Part shown: positions 19,764-29,558 of the stretch, one piece after another
How the letters are laid out: each line of letters begins with the position of its first letter
Position numbering within the stretch: the stretch's first letter is position 1
Source of the DNA: Candidatus Latescibacterota bacterium
GTDB taxonomy: Bacteria; Latescibacterota; UBA2968; GCA-2709665
Direction: 5' to 3'
Assembly (NCBI GenBank): GCA_965116875.1
Contig: OZ220733.1
Span: 1,152,001-1,216,000, forward strand
DNA: 64,000 nucleotides
The notes under the pieces: model-generated
What the model was told of the DNA's origin: nothing
What the model saw: the letters and a program-made list of their open reading frames with translations, nothing else
Databases searched by the model: none
Position numbers and translations under genes: made by a program

Positions 19764-20987
19764 GTGGGCCGATTTAAAAAGATCTGTCTGACGTGCGATG
19801 CGCAACAGGGCGACGCGACCTTGAATTGCGGTGCCTGCGCCGGACCCCTGGGGTTTCAATACCGCTATCACGACGTTTCATGGGACGACCGGTTCGAAGG
19901 TACCATGTGGCGCTACTGGCCCCTGCTTCCGGTAGACCCTCCCGATGGAGCGGTGATTCTGGGCGAAGGCGGTACCCCGCTGTTGTCCGCACGGAGCTTT
20001 CGCGGGCAGCGGGTCTATCTGAAGGACGAGACCCGCAACCCCACCGGATCCCACAAGGACCGTTCGCTCTCGGTCGCGATCACGCACGCGAAAGCCATTG
20101 GCGCGGACGTTTCCGTCATCGTATCCACGGGCAGCGCGGGCATCTCGAACGCCGCTCTGGCTGCCAGGGCCGGAATGCGCAGTGCGGTGGTCATGACGGA
20201 AGGAACGCCGCCGGAGCGCCTCTACCCCATGTACGGCCTGGGCGCGGTGCTTGTCGAGGTGAAGGCCCCCATCGACCCGATCGTACAGGGGGTGATTGAC
20301 GTCTGTCGTGAACAGGGTCTCTATCTGAGTACCACCAGCCGGAGTTCCAATCCGTACCAAGCCGAGGGGAACAAGACCATCGCCTTCGAGATTGTGGAGA
20401 AGCTTGGCAGAGCGCCGGACTGGGTGGTGGTTCCCGTGGGCGGCGGCGGTACGGTCTCGGGGGTCTGGCGGGGATTCCTGGACTGCCGGACGCTCGGACT
20501 CATCGACTCCGTTCCCAGGATGATCGGCGTGGTACCCGCGGACTACAACGCCCTGGAGGTGGCCTTCGAACGCGGATTGAGGCGATGGGAAGACGTGCTG
20601 ACGTTGCCCTATGACAACCTGCCGCCCTCAATTCTGGTGAAACTCGCCCACAGCTACCCCCCCGACGGCATGGAAGCCATAGAGACCATACGTTCGTCGA
20701 ATGGGTTCTTTGTTTCCGTCACGGACGAGGAAGCCCTTTCGGCCCAGGCAGCCTGCGGCCGGCGGGAAGGTCTGTTCGTGGAGCCCTCAACGGGCGCCTG
20801 CCTCGCGGGCACAACCCGTCTTCTGGATTCGGGACGTGTCGATCCCGAGGATATCGTCGTCGCCATCGTCAGCGGCTCCGGCTATCGTGAAACCGCGTGT
20901 ACCATGGCCGAGCGTCCACTCGCGACACGGGCGATTGCCATAGAGGAACTATCCGATACCCTTTCGGGTTTCGCGGGCGCCGGGTGA
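19764..20987 (+). CDS. threonine synthase-like PLP-dependent enzyme
   Basis: N-terminal CxxC..CxxC, LGEGGTPL, NPTGSHKDR (PLP lysine), EGNKTIAFE, PVGGGG, FVEPSTG. Confidence 0.85.
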   Translation: MGRFKKICLTCDAQQGDATLNCGACAGPLGFQYRYHDVSWDDRFEGTMWRYWPLLPVDPPDGAVILGEGGTPLLSARSFRGQRVYLKDETRNPTGSHKDRSLSVAITHAKAIGADVSVIVSTGSAGISNAALAARAGMRSAVVMTEGTPPERLYPMYGLGAVLVEVKAPIDPIVQGVIDVCREQGLYLSTTSRSSNPYQAEGNKTIAFEIVEKLGRAPDWVVVPVGGGGTVSGVWRGFLDCRTLGLIDSVPRMIGVVPADYNALEVAFERGLRRWEDVLTLPYDNLPPSILVKLAHSYPPDGMEAIETIRSSNGFFVSVTDEEALSAQAACGRREGLFVEPSTGACLAGTTRLLDSGRVDPEDIVVAIVSGSGYRETACTMAERPLATRAIAIEELSDTLSGFAGAG

Positions 20988-21045
20988 ACGGTCCGGGGGC
21001 CCGGGCCATTCTTCCGTCTGCATTCCAGGAGAAGGACGAAAAGAA

Positions 21046-21075
21046 CGGCAGACAGGCGTGTCTGCCCCACCTTCA
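21046..21075 (-). repeat. REP-like palindrome, copy 2
   Basis: Reverse complement TGAAGGTGGGGCAGACACGCCTGTCTGCCG differs from 11572-11601 only at two loop bases. Confidence 0.75.
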
Positions 21076-21118
21076 AACACTTCCTCATCGGCTCGACCCT
21101 GACAAAGGAGCTGATTCC

Positions 21119-22141
21119 ATGTCCCTTCATCTCGCACAATGGCGTCGTCGCGAAGAACCTGTACTGTCCGCGCTGACCACCCGCGAGGACTGGTGCCGGG
21201 TTGAACTCTACAATCCGACAGTTATCCGCGTGGCGGACAGGTACATGATGTGGTACGTCGGCAACAGTTCCGCCACCCGTACCGACGATTCGGTCGTGGG
21301 CTTCGCCGAATCGGACGACGGCATCCACTGGAACGAGCACCCGGACAACCCCATCCTCACCCGCGATGATCTGCCCGCCTGCGACGCCTGGCAGACGCCC
21401 CACGTGATCTTCGACGCGGACGAGGGCCTGTTCAGGATGTGGTTCATCATGTCGACCGTGGTGCGGGGCGGTCCGACCTGGCTCGTCAGCTTCACCCAGG
21501 AACTGGGCTACGCCACCAGCCGCGACGGGCTGAAATGGGACGTTCATCCCGAGCCCATCTACCCCAGCGGCCGGAGGCCGTGCGTGATCAGGGACGGTCC
21601 GGGCGCCTACCGGATGTGGATGAACTCATCGCCGACGCCCGACGGGAGCTTCGACGATCTGGTGCGGCATATCTATCGATTCGAATCCGCCGACGGCATC
21701 GAATGGACGCGGGACCCTGAACCCGCGGTGAGCTTCAACGAGAAGCTCCGGGGCACGGTCTATCCGTTCGTCATGCGCGACGGCGGCGGATACATCATGT
21801 GGTACGGAGCCTGGCCCGCCAACGGCGAGGTCGTGATCGACACGGGGTCCGAATCGCCGCTGGTCCGCCCCGTTTTCGAGATCTACTGCTCCACGTCGTC
21901 CGACGGACTCGTCTGGACCCACCACCACGACACGCCCGCCCTGCCCGCGACGCGGGATCCCAACCACTACGACGGGCGGTATACTTCCACGCCGTGCGTC
22001 GTGGACGGTGGGGACCGCTATCTGATGTATTATTCGGCCCGCGACTGGGGTACCCTCTACAGGACCGGCGCCGACACGCTTGGCATCGACAGAGCCGGAA
22101 TTTACCGCCACGTCGGCGTGGCCGAGTGCGGCAGGACTTGA
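21119..22141 (+). CDS. five-bladed beta-propeller glycosidase-like protein (GH32/43/130 clan-like)
   Basis: Repeated blades 'P.VI....YMMWY...GFAES.DGIHW', 'GYATSRDGLKW', 'ESADGIEW', 'SSDGLVW'. AAGGAG RBS. Confidence 0.75.
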   Translation: MSLHLAQWRRREEPVLSALTTREDWCRVELYNPTVIRVADRYMMWYVGNSSATRTDDSVVGFAESDDGIHWNEHPDNPILTRDDLPACDAWQTPHVIFDADEGLFRMWFIMSTVVRGGPTWLVSFTQELGYATSRDGLKWDVHPEPIYPSGRRPCVIRDGPGAYRMWMNSSPTPDGSFDDLVRHIYRFESADGIEWTRDPEPAVSFNEKLRGTVYPFVMRDGGGYIMWYGAWPANGEVVIDTGSESPLVRPVFEIYCSTSSDGLVWTHHHDTPALPATRDPNHYDGRYTSTPCVVDGGDRYLMYYSARDWGTLYRTGADTLGIDRAGIYRHVGVAECGRT

Positions 22142-22167
22142 AGTGTCGGCCATTAACGGGAGAATGA

Positions 22168-24162
22168 GTGGAAAACGCTCGAGCACAGGACTCGCAACAA
22201 CGCGCGCAATCGGAGAGCCTGCCGAAACCTTCGGAAGACGGTCTGACCCTTCGCGCATTCCTGATCGGGCTGGGTCTCTGCGCGTTCATGGGCGTCGCGT
22301 TGACCTACAACCGGATGGTCGTCCAGGGTCCCTTCATGGGCAATTACCATATGGACCGGGGCGTGCTGTTCGTTTTCTTTGTGCTCGTACTGGTGGTCAA
22401 TCCCCTGGCGGGAGTCCTGAAGCGCCGCTTCTCACTGGGGCGGGGCGAATTGCTGGCCATCTACGTCATGTTGATGTTTCTGATGCCGTCATGGAAGATG
22501 ACCAAGGCCCTGCTGGGTTTCATGACGGGCGTCACCTACTATGCCTCGCCGGAAATGCGGCACCTGGAAGCCGTGTTGCCCAATGCCCTCCCATGGCTGT
22601 CGATCCTGGACACGGAAACGGTGCGGGGGTTGTACGACGGCCTTCCTGCGGGCGACCCGGTACCCTGGTGGTCGTGGGTGGTTCCCCTGTGGAGCTGGGG
22701 ATCGTTCCTGGTCGTGCTTTACGTCGTGCTCGTCTGCCTGGCGATTCTCATGAGAAAGCAGTGGGAGGAGCACGAGCGCTTCGCGTTTCCGATCATGCAG
22801 GTGCCGCTGGAGATGAGCATGATAGAGGCGCGAAGGGTGGGGCCCCTGTTCCGCAGCAGGATGATGTGGGGGGGATTCGCCGTACCGTTTCTGATCGGAT
22901 TGTTGAACGGGCTTCAGAGGTACTACTATTCGCTTCCGCGTATTCAGCTGCGAACGACTCTCTGGATCTTCCGACGGGCGATTCCCTTGCATATCGGCCT
23001 GCATTTCGCGATCCTCGGGTACTCGTATTTCGTGAATACGGACGTGAGTCTGAGCATCTGGCTGTTCAACGTCATCGCGAAGTGCATCAGCGGGATTCTG
23101 GCCATCGTCGGGGCGGAGACATACGGGGTCTCGGGGGTCGTAGGCCGGCACAGCTCCCAGGGATCCGAGTTCCTGGCGATGATGGGTATGGGGTACATGC
23201 TCGGCCTGGCGGGCTACAGTCTGTGGATCGCGCGGGACCACCTGCGGGAGGTGTGGGCGAGGGCCATGGGCCGCCCGTCGCGCCTGGACGATTCGGAGGA
23301 GGTCATCCCCTATCGGTCCGCGGTTGCCGGGATCGTTGCGGGCACACTCTATCTCGGATGCTGGCTATACCAGGCGGGCATCGCTCCCCATCTCGTCCTG
23401 CTGCTGGGCTTTTTCAGTTTTGTCGTCTTTCTGGTGCTCGCCCGCATCGTGAGCGAGACCGGATATTCCGTAACCTATTCCCCGCTGAATCCGTCTGAGT
23501 TCGTGGTGTGCGCCGTGGGCTCCGCTGCGTTCAGCCCCACGGGGCTGACGTCTCTCGGCGTCAGCTTCGCCTGGACGATGACCCGGTTGAATACGCTCAT
23601 GCCGAGGGCCTCGGGCGCGCTGCGACTCGCACGGGAGATCGGACGCAAGCGTGGGCTGGTGCTGGCGATGGGCGCCGCGCTGGCCGCGGGCCTGATCGCC
23701 GCGAGCTATACCACGCTTCAGCTGGGATACGAACACGGCGGCCGCAACCTGGACTACTGGTTCAGGGACGTGAACGACTGCGCGCTGCCGTTCGACGAAT
23801 ACATCGGGCGCAGGCTGCTTTCCCCCTCGCCCATCTTCTACCCCGGTTTCCTGTATACCGGTCTGGGTATCGCCGTCGTCGTGATGATGATGGCGCTCCG
23901 CTCCCGGCTGCCGTCGTGGCCGCTGCACCCTATTGCGCTGCCCGTGAGTACGATCGCCTATACGCACAACTACTTTTTCAGCGTGTTTCTCGCCTGGGGA
24001 ATCAAGTCGCTCGTCCTGCGGTTCGGAGGCGCCAACCTGTACCGGTTGACCCGGCTGTTCTTTATCGGCATTATTCTCGGGGAGGCGGTCTGCCTCGGGA
24101 CGTGGATCGTCATCGACAGCATCACCGGTAAAGTGGGCGGGATCTGGATATTGCAACCGTAG
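22168..24162 (+). CDS. multi-pass membrane protein of DUF6785/DUF6784 type (putative transporter)
   Basis: GLTLRAFLIG, ELLAIYVML, VPWWSWVVPL, LMRKQWEEHERFAFP, RIVSETG, WPLHPI, AWGIKSLVLRFGG; many hydrophobic helices. Confidence 0.75.
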   Translation: MENARAQDSQQRAQSESLPKPSEDGLTLRAFLIGLGLCAFMGVALTYNRMVVQGPFMGNYHMDRGVLFVFFVLVLVVNPLAGVLKRRFSLGRGELLAIYVMLMFLMPSWKMTKALLGFMTGVTYYASPEMRHLEAVLPNALPWLSILDTETVRGLYDGLPAGDPVPWWSWVVPLWSWGSFLVVLYVVLVCLAILMRKQWEEHERFAFPIMQVPLEMSMIEARRVGPLFRSRMMWGGFAVPFLIGLLNGLQRYYYSLPRIQLRTTLWIFRRAIPLHIGLHFAILGYSYFVNTDVSLSIWLFNVIAKCISGILAIVGAETYGVSGVVGRHSSQGSEFLAMMGMGYMLGLAGYSLWIARDHLREVWARAMGRPSRLDDSEEVIPYRSAVAGIVAGTLYLGCWLYQAGIAPHLVLLLGFFSFVVFLVLARIVSETGYSVTYSPLNPSEFVVCAVGSAAFSPTGLTSLGVSFAWTMTRLNTLMPRASGALRLAREIGRKRGLVLAMGAALAAGLIAASYTTLQLGYEHGGRNLDYWFRDVNDCALPFDEYIGRRLLSPSPIFYPGFLYTGLGIAVVVMMMALRSRLPSWPLHPIALPVSTIAYTHNYFFSVFLAWGIKSLVLRFGGANLYRLTRLFFIGIILGEAVCLGTWIVIDSITGKVGGIWILQP

Positions 24163-24203
24163 CCGGGTGCGCGGCGGCTTGCGTTATCGTAGAGGGTACG
24201 TAT

Positions 24204-25025
24204 ATGGAGTCAGGAGCAGATCGGATGCAGAGCGAACTGAACCAGATGCGCGTCAACGGCTGGTGTGTCGTGAAGAACGTCGTACCCAAAGACCGGGTCA
24301 CTGCGGTGAGAGAGAGCGTCCTGGATGCCGTCCACCGGCACGCGAATGCCGAAACGCTCGACGACAAGGGCATCGGCCACGTCTCAGGTTTCGTCGCCCG
24401 TGAGCAGTCATTCGCGCCCTATGTGGCGGATTCTCGCGTCATGGGCGTCGTGGAGGGATTGCTGGGCGAACATGCCAGGATCTCGTTTACGACGGCGACG
24501 GTGAATTTCCCCGGTAATCCGCGCGGCGGCTGGCACGCCGACTGGCCCTTCAACCAGAACAACGCCGGGCATATCCCCGCCCCTTACCCGGACGCGGCGA
24601 TGCACGTCACCACGCTGTGGATGCTCTCCGCCTTCAACCTGCGGAACGGCGGAACCCTCATTCTCCCCGGCAGTCACCGTTCCGACAACAACCCGAGCGG
24701 GGACAACGGTTTCGATCCGCTCGCCGCGATTCCGGGGGAATGTAACGCCGAAGGCGAAGCGGGAAGCGTGCTGATGCTGGACAGCCGGCTCTGGCACGCC
24801 ACGGCCCCCAACCATTCCGACGAGCCCCGCGTTTCCGTCGTGATTCGCTACGCGCCGTGGTGGCTCGATACCGGTGTCCTGATGCCCGGGTCCGAAGCGC
24901 GCGAGCGGATGCTGGAGGCCACCGGACTCGATTCGCCCGAGGTTCCGCCAGTCCCTCAAGAGGTCTATGATGCCATGCATGAGAGGGTGAAGCCCCTTTT
25001 CCGGCACTGGGTGCGGGCCAAATGA
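24204..25025 (+). CDS. phytanoyl-CoA dioxygenase (PhyH) family Fe(II)/2OG enzyme
   Basis: WHADWP (HxD), GGTLILPGSH, GSVLMLDSRLWH...N.SDEPR. Confidence 0.9.
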   Translation: MESGADRMQSELNQMRVNGWCVVKNVVPKDRVTAVRESVLDAVHRHANAETLDDKGIGHVSGFVAREQSFAPYVADSRVMGVVEGLLGEHARISFTTATVNFPGNPRGGWHADWPFNQNNAGHIPAPYPDAAMHVTTLWMLSAFNLRNGGTLILPGSHRSDNNPSGDNGFDPLAAIPGECNAEGEAGSVLMLDSRLWHATAPNHSDEPRVSVVIRYAPWWLDTGVLMPGSEARERMLEATGLDSPEVPPVPQEVYDAMHERVKPLFRHWVRAK

Positions 25026-25047
25026 AGCTCGTCGTGCCCGTCGAATC

Positions 25048-26022
25048 ATGTCACCGGAGGAACACAGAATGGCGGAGGCAGCGACGAAGACCGGATATAC
25101 CGCACCCAATCCCGGGTTCGGGTTCTCTGATGTGCCGCAGAAGGAATTCGACTATCCGTTTCCTGCCCTGACGCTGGAGCAGCGGATGCGGTTCGAGCTT
25201 TTCGGATACACCATCGTCGAGGACCTGTTTAGCGAGCCGGAGTTGCAGTCCATCGTGGCGTCAGCCAGCGAATTGAAGGCGGAAATCCTGGACGCGGCCG
25301 GCGACAGCGAGATCACGCCGCCTCCGCCGCCCAGGAAATACGAGGACTTCAGGGACGGGGCGATCTGGCGGGCGAACCGGAGGAGGACCGCTTCGGGCGA
25401 CCTTCACCTCGAACGTCTTGAAATCGAGAATGTACTGGGGCTGGACCCCATCTACCTGTCCGTGCTGACCAGGCCACGCGTCCTGGGGATCGCAACCGAA
25501 CTGCTGGGGGGAACCTTCCGGTTCCATCAGGTCGCGGTCCGCTTCAACCGGCGTTCCGAAACCCCGGTCCTGGGTTGGCACGGCGGGGTGACGCGGCACA
25601 AGGACCGGGCGGTGCGCAAAAACGGCTGGTTCCATACGCAGATCCTGGGTCTGATTCTCTACCTGACTGACGTCGGCCCCGGCGACGGGGGTACCGGGAT
25701 CTTCGCGGGAAGTCACAGACTGGACCTTTCGTACGACGATCTGAGGCAGTATATCACGGACCATCCGGACTCCGAGTTCTTTCACCAGACCACGGCGAAG
25801 CGGGGCTCGGCGCTGCTGTTCGCCGACGGCCCGCTGATGCACCGGACCATCAACATCGAGACGGACAGGGAACGGCTCATCATGCTCTCGCGGCTGGTCC
25901 ATTCGGACTACGATTTCGGCCAGATGGAGTCGCTGGGTCAGACCGACCACGTACCGCATGAGCTGATGCCGCTGTTCTATGGACGGGCCTTCACGCCCAG
26001 ATATCGGCCCCGCGGGGAATAG
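25048..26022 (+). CDS. PhyH family Fe(II)/2OG enzyme with HxG motif
   Basis: FELFGYTIVEDLFS, WHGG, YLTDVGPGDGG..AGSH, GSALLF..LMH...ER. Alternative start at 25069. Confidence 0.82.
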   Translation: MSPEEHRMAEAATKTGYTAPNPGFGFSDVPQKEFDYPFPALTLEQRMRFELFGYTIVEDLFSEPELQSIVASASELKAEILDAAGDSEITPPPPPRKYEDFRDGAIWRANRRRTASGDLHLERLEIENVLGLDPIYLSVLTRPRVLGIATELLGGTFRFHQVAVRFNRRSETPVLGWHGGVTRHKDRAVRKNGWFHTQILGLILYLTDVGPGDGGTGIFAGSHRLDLSYDDLRQYITDHPDSEFFHQTTAKRGSALLFADGPLMHRTINIETDRERLIMLSRLVHSDYDFGQMESLGQTDHVPHELMPLFYGRAFTPRYRPRGE

Positions 26023-26039
26023 GTGCAGGAGAGAATGGT

Positions 26040-26132
26040 GAGGAGTGAGGGTTGAGAGCCCCCGCCGCCCTCAGCGCGTCACACAGGTCTCTCTTTCCTC
26101 ACTCCTCTTTTCTCACTCCTCTTTTCTCACTT
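26040..26132. repeat. 14-bp tandem pyrimidine repeat (CTCTTTYCTCACTY x3) with an upstream complementary tract
   Basis: Three units at 26091-26132. GAGGAGTGAGG (26040-26050) is complementary to CCTCACTCCTC (26097-26107). Confidence 0.6.
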
Positions 26133-26157
26133 CTTGCAACGGAAGGTGGAAGAAGAA

Positions 26158-27435
26158 ATGGCGGCGCGAGTTCCCGGGATCAAGACGTGGTATGTGCCAC
26201 GGATCTGCGGCGTCGAGCCGGCCGGCCGGACGATTTCGGTCAATGCCGGTGAGACCCTCGACCTTCGTCTCGAGGTAGAGCCCTGTCAATCGCTCCCCAC
26301 AGGGCAGGCCTGGCGGCGCCTGTCCGATCCCATCCTGTCGGCGGCGACCACGAAACAGGACTGGTGCCGGGTGATCCTCTACATGCCCTGCGTACTGAGG
26401 ACGGACGGCATCTTCAAGATGTGGTACGTGGGCAGTTCCGACCACGCGCGCAACCCTTCGTACATCCATCTGGGGTACGCCACGTCGACGGACGGGCTGT
26501 GCTGGGACCCGCGGCCGGAGAATCCGATCGCCACCGACGATGCGATTCCGTGGGGCTGGCGTTTCCAGGCGCCGTACGTACTCTACGATCTGCAGGAAAG
26601 GATCTACAAGATGTGGTTCACCGCCGTCGATGAAATCGACACGGAGGGACGCCCGTGGTTGAACCAGCGGGTGGGGTACGGCGAGAGTCCCGACGGGATT
26701 TCCTGGACCTTCCACCCGAAGCCTGTGTTCCGCACCGGGCGGCGCCCGTGCGTCCTGAAACTGGACGATGGGACGTACAGGATGTGGGTGAACGCGCCCT
26801 CCAACGCGGTTCCGGATCTGCCGATGACCCTGAACGTCGTTTCCGCCCGGTCCGAGGACGGTCTGCACTGGGAACACGAAGGCGACGCGGTGAGGTACGG
26901 CGGGATCTATCGCTCTTGCGTGTATCCCTTCGTGATGCGCGATCGGGACGAACTGGCGATGTGGTACGGCGGTCACCGGGCGGGCGGGCTCTTCGATATT
27001 TCGTTCGGGCGGACGCGTGACGGCCGCACCTGGTACTACCAGAACGACGTGCCGACTTTTCCGCCGAACCCGCGAAGGGAAGCGTTCGACGGCCGGTACA
27101 CGTCCACCCCGCACGTATTGAAGCTGCCGGGAAGATACCTGATGTACTATTCCGCCCGGGACCTGGACGACGCCTGGGTTGCGCCGGACGGGTCGCCCCA
27201 GCGGGACGGCGACGGAGTGTATCGCCATATCGGGTGCGCCGAATTGCCCGTCGACGAAGTGGAAGATCCGGACCTCCGCTTTTCGTGGACGTCCAATGGC
27301 AGAACAATTCCCGGAAACGGCGGATCGCTGCGGTTCGTGGCGGACAGAGCGGGAAGACATTCGATAACCTGCCGCGTGGAAAACGCCAACGGCTCAGCCG
27401 CGTACACCTGGGAGGTGGATGCAGGCAATGGCTAG
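26158..27435 (+). CDS. five-bladed propeller glycosidase-like protein with Ig-like segments, paralogue of 21119-22141
   Basis: Shares DWCRV, GRRPCV, YPFVMRD, DGRYTSTP, YLMYYSARD and YRHIG.AE with 21119-22141. Confidence 0.75.
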   Translation: MAARVPGIKTWYVPRICGVEPAGRTISVNAGETLDLRLEVEPCQSLPTGQAWRRLSDPILSAATTKQDWCRVILYMPCVLRTDGIFKMWYVGSSDHARNPSYIHLGYATSTDGLCWDPRPENPIATDDAIPWGWRFQAPYVLYDLQERIYKMWFTAVDEIDTEGRPWLNQRVGYGESPDGISWTFHPKPVFRTGRRPCVLKLDDGTYRMWVNAPSNAVPDLPMTLNVVSARSEDGLHWEHEGDAVRYGGIYRSCVYPFVMRDRDELAMWYGGHRAGGLFDISFGRTRDGRTWYYQNDVPTFPPNPRREAFDGRYTSTPHVLKLPGRYLMYYSARDLDDAWVAPDGSPQRDGDGVYRHIGCAELPVDEVEDPDLRFSWTSNGRTIPGNGGSLRFVADRAGRHSITCRVENANGSAAYTWEVDAGNG

Positions 27436-29302
27436 AACCGTGGTCCTGGCCGCCGACCGCCGCGCCCGATGTGCGGTGGAGGCGCCTTCGAAACCCGAAC
27501 CGGCCGAAAAGACGGCAGGAGAAGAACTGGCGCATTACATCGGGAAGCTCGCTGGTACGCCCATCGGTCTGCATCAGGGAAAAAAGAGCGGCGCGTCCGT
27601 AAGGATTCTGGTGGGCGCAAGGGCCAGCGAGGAGATTGGCGACCTGCCGCTGGCCGAGGTGCGGGACGACGGCTTTGTGCTGCGCGTATCGACCGACCGG
27701 ATTGCGTTGACGGGCGCCAACCCCCGTGGAACGCTGTATGCCGCGTATGAGCTGATCGAGCGTCTGGGTGTGCGGTGGTACGGACCGAACCCCGAGGATG
27801 AGTACGTGCCGGCGACGGGGGACCTGGTGCTTCCCGAGGGTACGGAGGTGATCAACCCGTCCTTCCGGTTCCGGTTCCTCCGGTGCCTCTTCTCGGCGAT
27901 GGTGGGGTTGGGAGCGTCGGGAATGTGGCAGCCCTTTTCGTCTCCCCGGCGGGAACAGCTGCTGGACTGGGGCGTGAAGAACCGGCTGAACGCGGGCTTC
28001 TGGCCCTTCGACGATCCGGACGTCACGTCGTTCTTCCGAAGGCGCGGCGGCGTGGCGTGCGTGGACCACATTCACGCCCTGCCTTATATGGTGCCGCCTG
28101 CCGAATACTGGGAGTCGCACCCGGAATATTTCGCGGTCGACGAACACGGCGAGTTGTTCCCGAGACGGGCGAATGAGTACGGGATACACGTGTGCAGGTC
28201 AAATCCGGACGTCCTGGACCTGGTGATCCGGAAGGCCCTCGAGACGATGGAACGCGACCCGGACGCAGGCTTCGTGAGCATTTCCCAGGCGGACGGCCAG
28301 TTCCACTGCCGGTGCCCGGCCTGCCTGTCGAAGTGCAACCAGGGATCGCTGGTGTTTCTGGGCGAGGAGCAGATCATCCGGACCGATTGCATGGTGGATT
28401 TCGCCAACCGGGTGGCGGAACGATTCTGCGAGCGCTGGCCGGACGGGAACCTCATGATCCTGGGACACCATCAGACGATTCCGCCGCCGACGATTGCCGT
28501 GCATCCGAACGTGATGGTCAAGCTGGCCTGTTCGCCGCATGGGTTCGTGTCCTTCAACCGGCCCCTCGAGGACCCCGCGGGAAACAGCTGGATTTTCCAG
28601 AGGGCCGTGGAAGGATGGGCGGCGACGGGAACGCCGCTGGCCTATTACGGATACAACCCGCACAGTACCTTTGCCCATGCTCCCTTTTCGGCGGGCCGGA
28701 GGTTCCACAGCGACGTCAGATGGCTACACCGGCACGGGTTCGTTGGGGCCGAATTCCAGGGCGAGGGGACGCTGTGGGGATTCTACGGGCTGAATCACGT
28801 CGTACAGGCCCGGACGATGTGGGACGTCGAGGTGGATTTCGACGCGCTTCAGGCGGACTATTTCCGGTGTCTGTTCGGCGCCGCCGCCGAGCCGGTCAAG
28901 GCGTTGCACGAGGCGTTCGAGCGGGCGCTGGTCGCCCATGAACCCATGTCGAAGGGCCTAGGCGGGTTTCTTTCGTCCGAGGTGATCGATTCGGGAAGGG
29001 AACTGTTGCGCGAGGCTCGCGACGCGGAACTGTCCGAGAACGTTCAGGACCGCCTGGACGTCCTGGACGCGCAGGTTGAGTACGGAGACCGGCTGATGGG
29101 CGCGAGACGGACCGCGGAAACGTATTACCGCACGCGCGATCAGGATCACTTGAAGCGGCTGGTCCGGGAACGGGATGCCATCGTCGACTACATCGCCGCA
29201 AATCCCGTGGAAGGCGCGTATCATCTGGGCGGCATTGGGGGGCAGCGAGGGAATATCAACAACTTCCTGCTGGGGCACCTCTGGGGAGTCGATAAGATCT
29301 AA
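27428..29302 (+). CDS. DUF4838 domain protein with GH67/GH20-like N-terminal domain
   Basis: AGEELAHY, DGFVLR..GANPRGTLYAAYELIERLGVRW, HPEYF, C.SNPDV, CRCPAC, DYFRCLFGAAA. Confidence 0.8.
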   Translation: MARTVVLAADRRARCAVEAPSKPEPAEKTAGEELAHYIGKLAGTPIGLHQGKKSGASVRILVGARASEEIGDLPLAEVRDDGFVLRVSTDRIALTGANPRGTLYAAYELIERLGVRWYGPNPEDEYVPATGDLVLPEGTEVINPSFRFRFLRCLFSAMVGLGASGMWQPFSSPRREQLLDWGVKNRLNAGFWPFDDPDVTSFFRRRGGVACVDHIHALPYMVPPAEYWESHPEYFAVDEHGELFPRRANEYGIHVCRSNPDVLDLVIRKALETMERDPDAGFVSISQADGQFHCRCPACLSKCNQGSLVFLGEEQIIRTDCMVDFANRVAERFCERWPDGNLMILGHHQTIPPPTIAVHPNVMVKLACSPHGFVSFNRPLEDPAGNSWIFQRAVEGWAATGTPLAYYGYNPHSTFAHAPFSAGRRFHSDVRWLHRHGFVGAEFQGEGTLWGFYGLNHVVQARTMWDVEVDFDALQADYFRCLFGAAAEPVKALHEAFERALVAHEPMSKGLGGFLSSEVIDSGRELLREARDAELSENVQDRLDVLDAQVEYGDRLMGARRTAETYYRTRDQDHLKRLVRERDAIVDYIAANPVEGAYHLGGIGGQRGNINNFLLGHLWGVDKI

Positions 29303-29516
29303 CCATGATTCGTTGTTTTCCGGGGACGTTAGTTCGTATATATGCAGGTAGATAATGGCGATTAAACTGCAGATTACCAGGATACACCAGGTCGCTGGAC
29401 GTTAACGGAAATATCATCCTTATGGACGACCTCGATACCCCGTTTGGCACCGGTCCTTTTTGTGTCTTTTGTGCCTTTTGTGGCCAATTTGACTGTCGTC
29501 TTTTTTCGCATTGAGG
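29300..29516 (+). repeat. ~220-bp dispersed intergenic repeat, copy 2
   Basis: Co-linear with 9298-9516; also begins at the TAA stop of the upstream gene. Confidence 0.9.
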
Positions 29517-29558
29517 GTAAGCAGCCTGATGCGGCTTCGTTTCCTCAGCCGCAACCAA

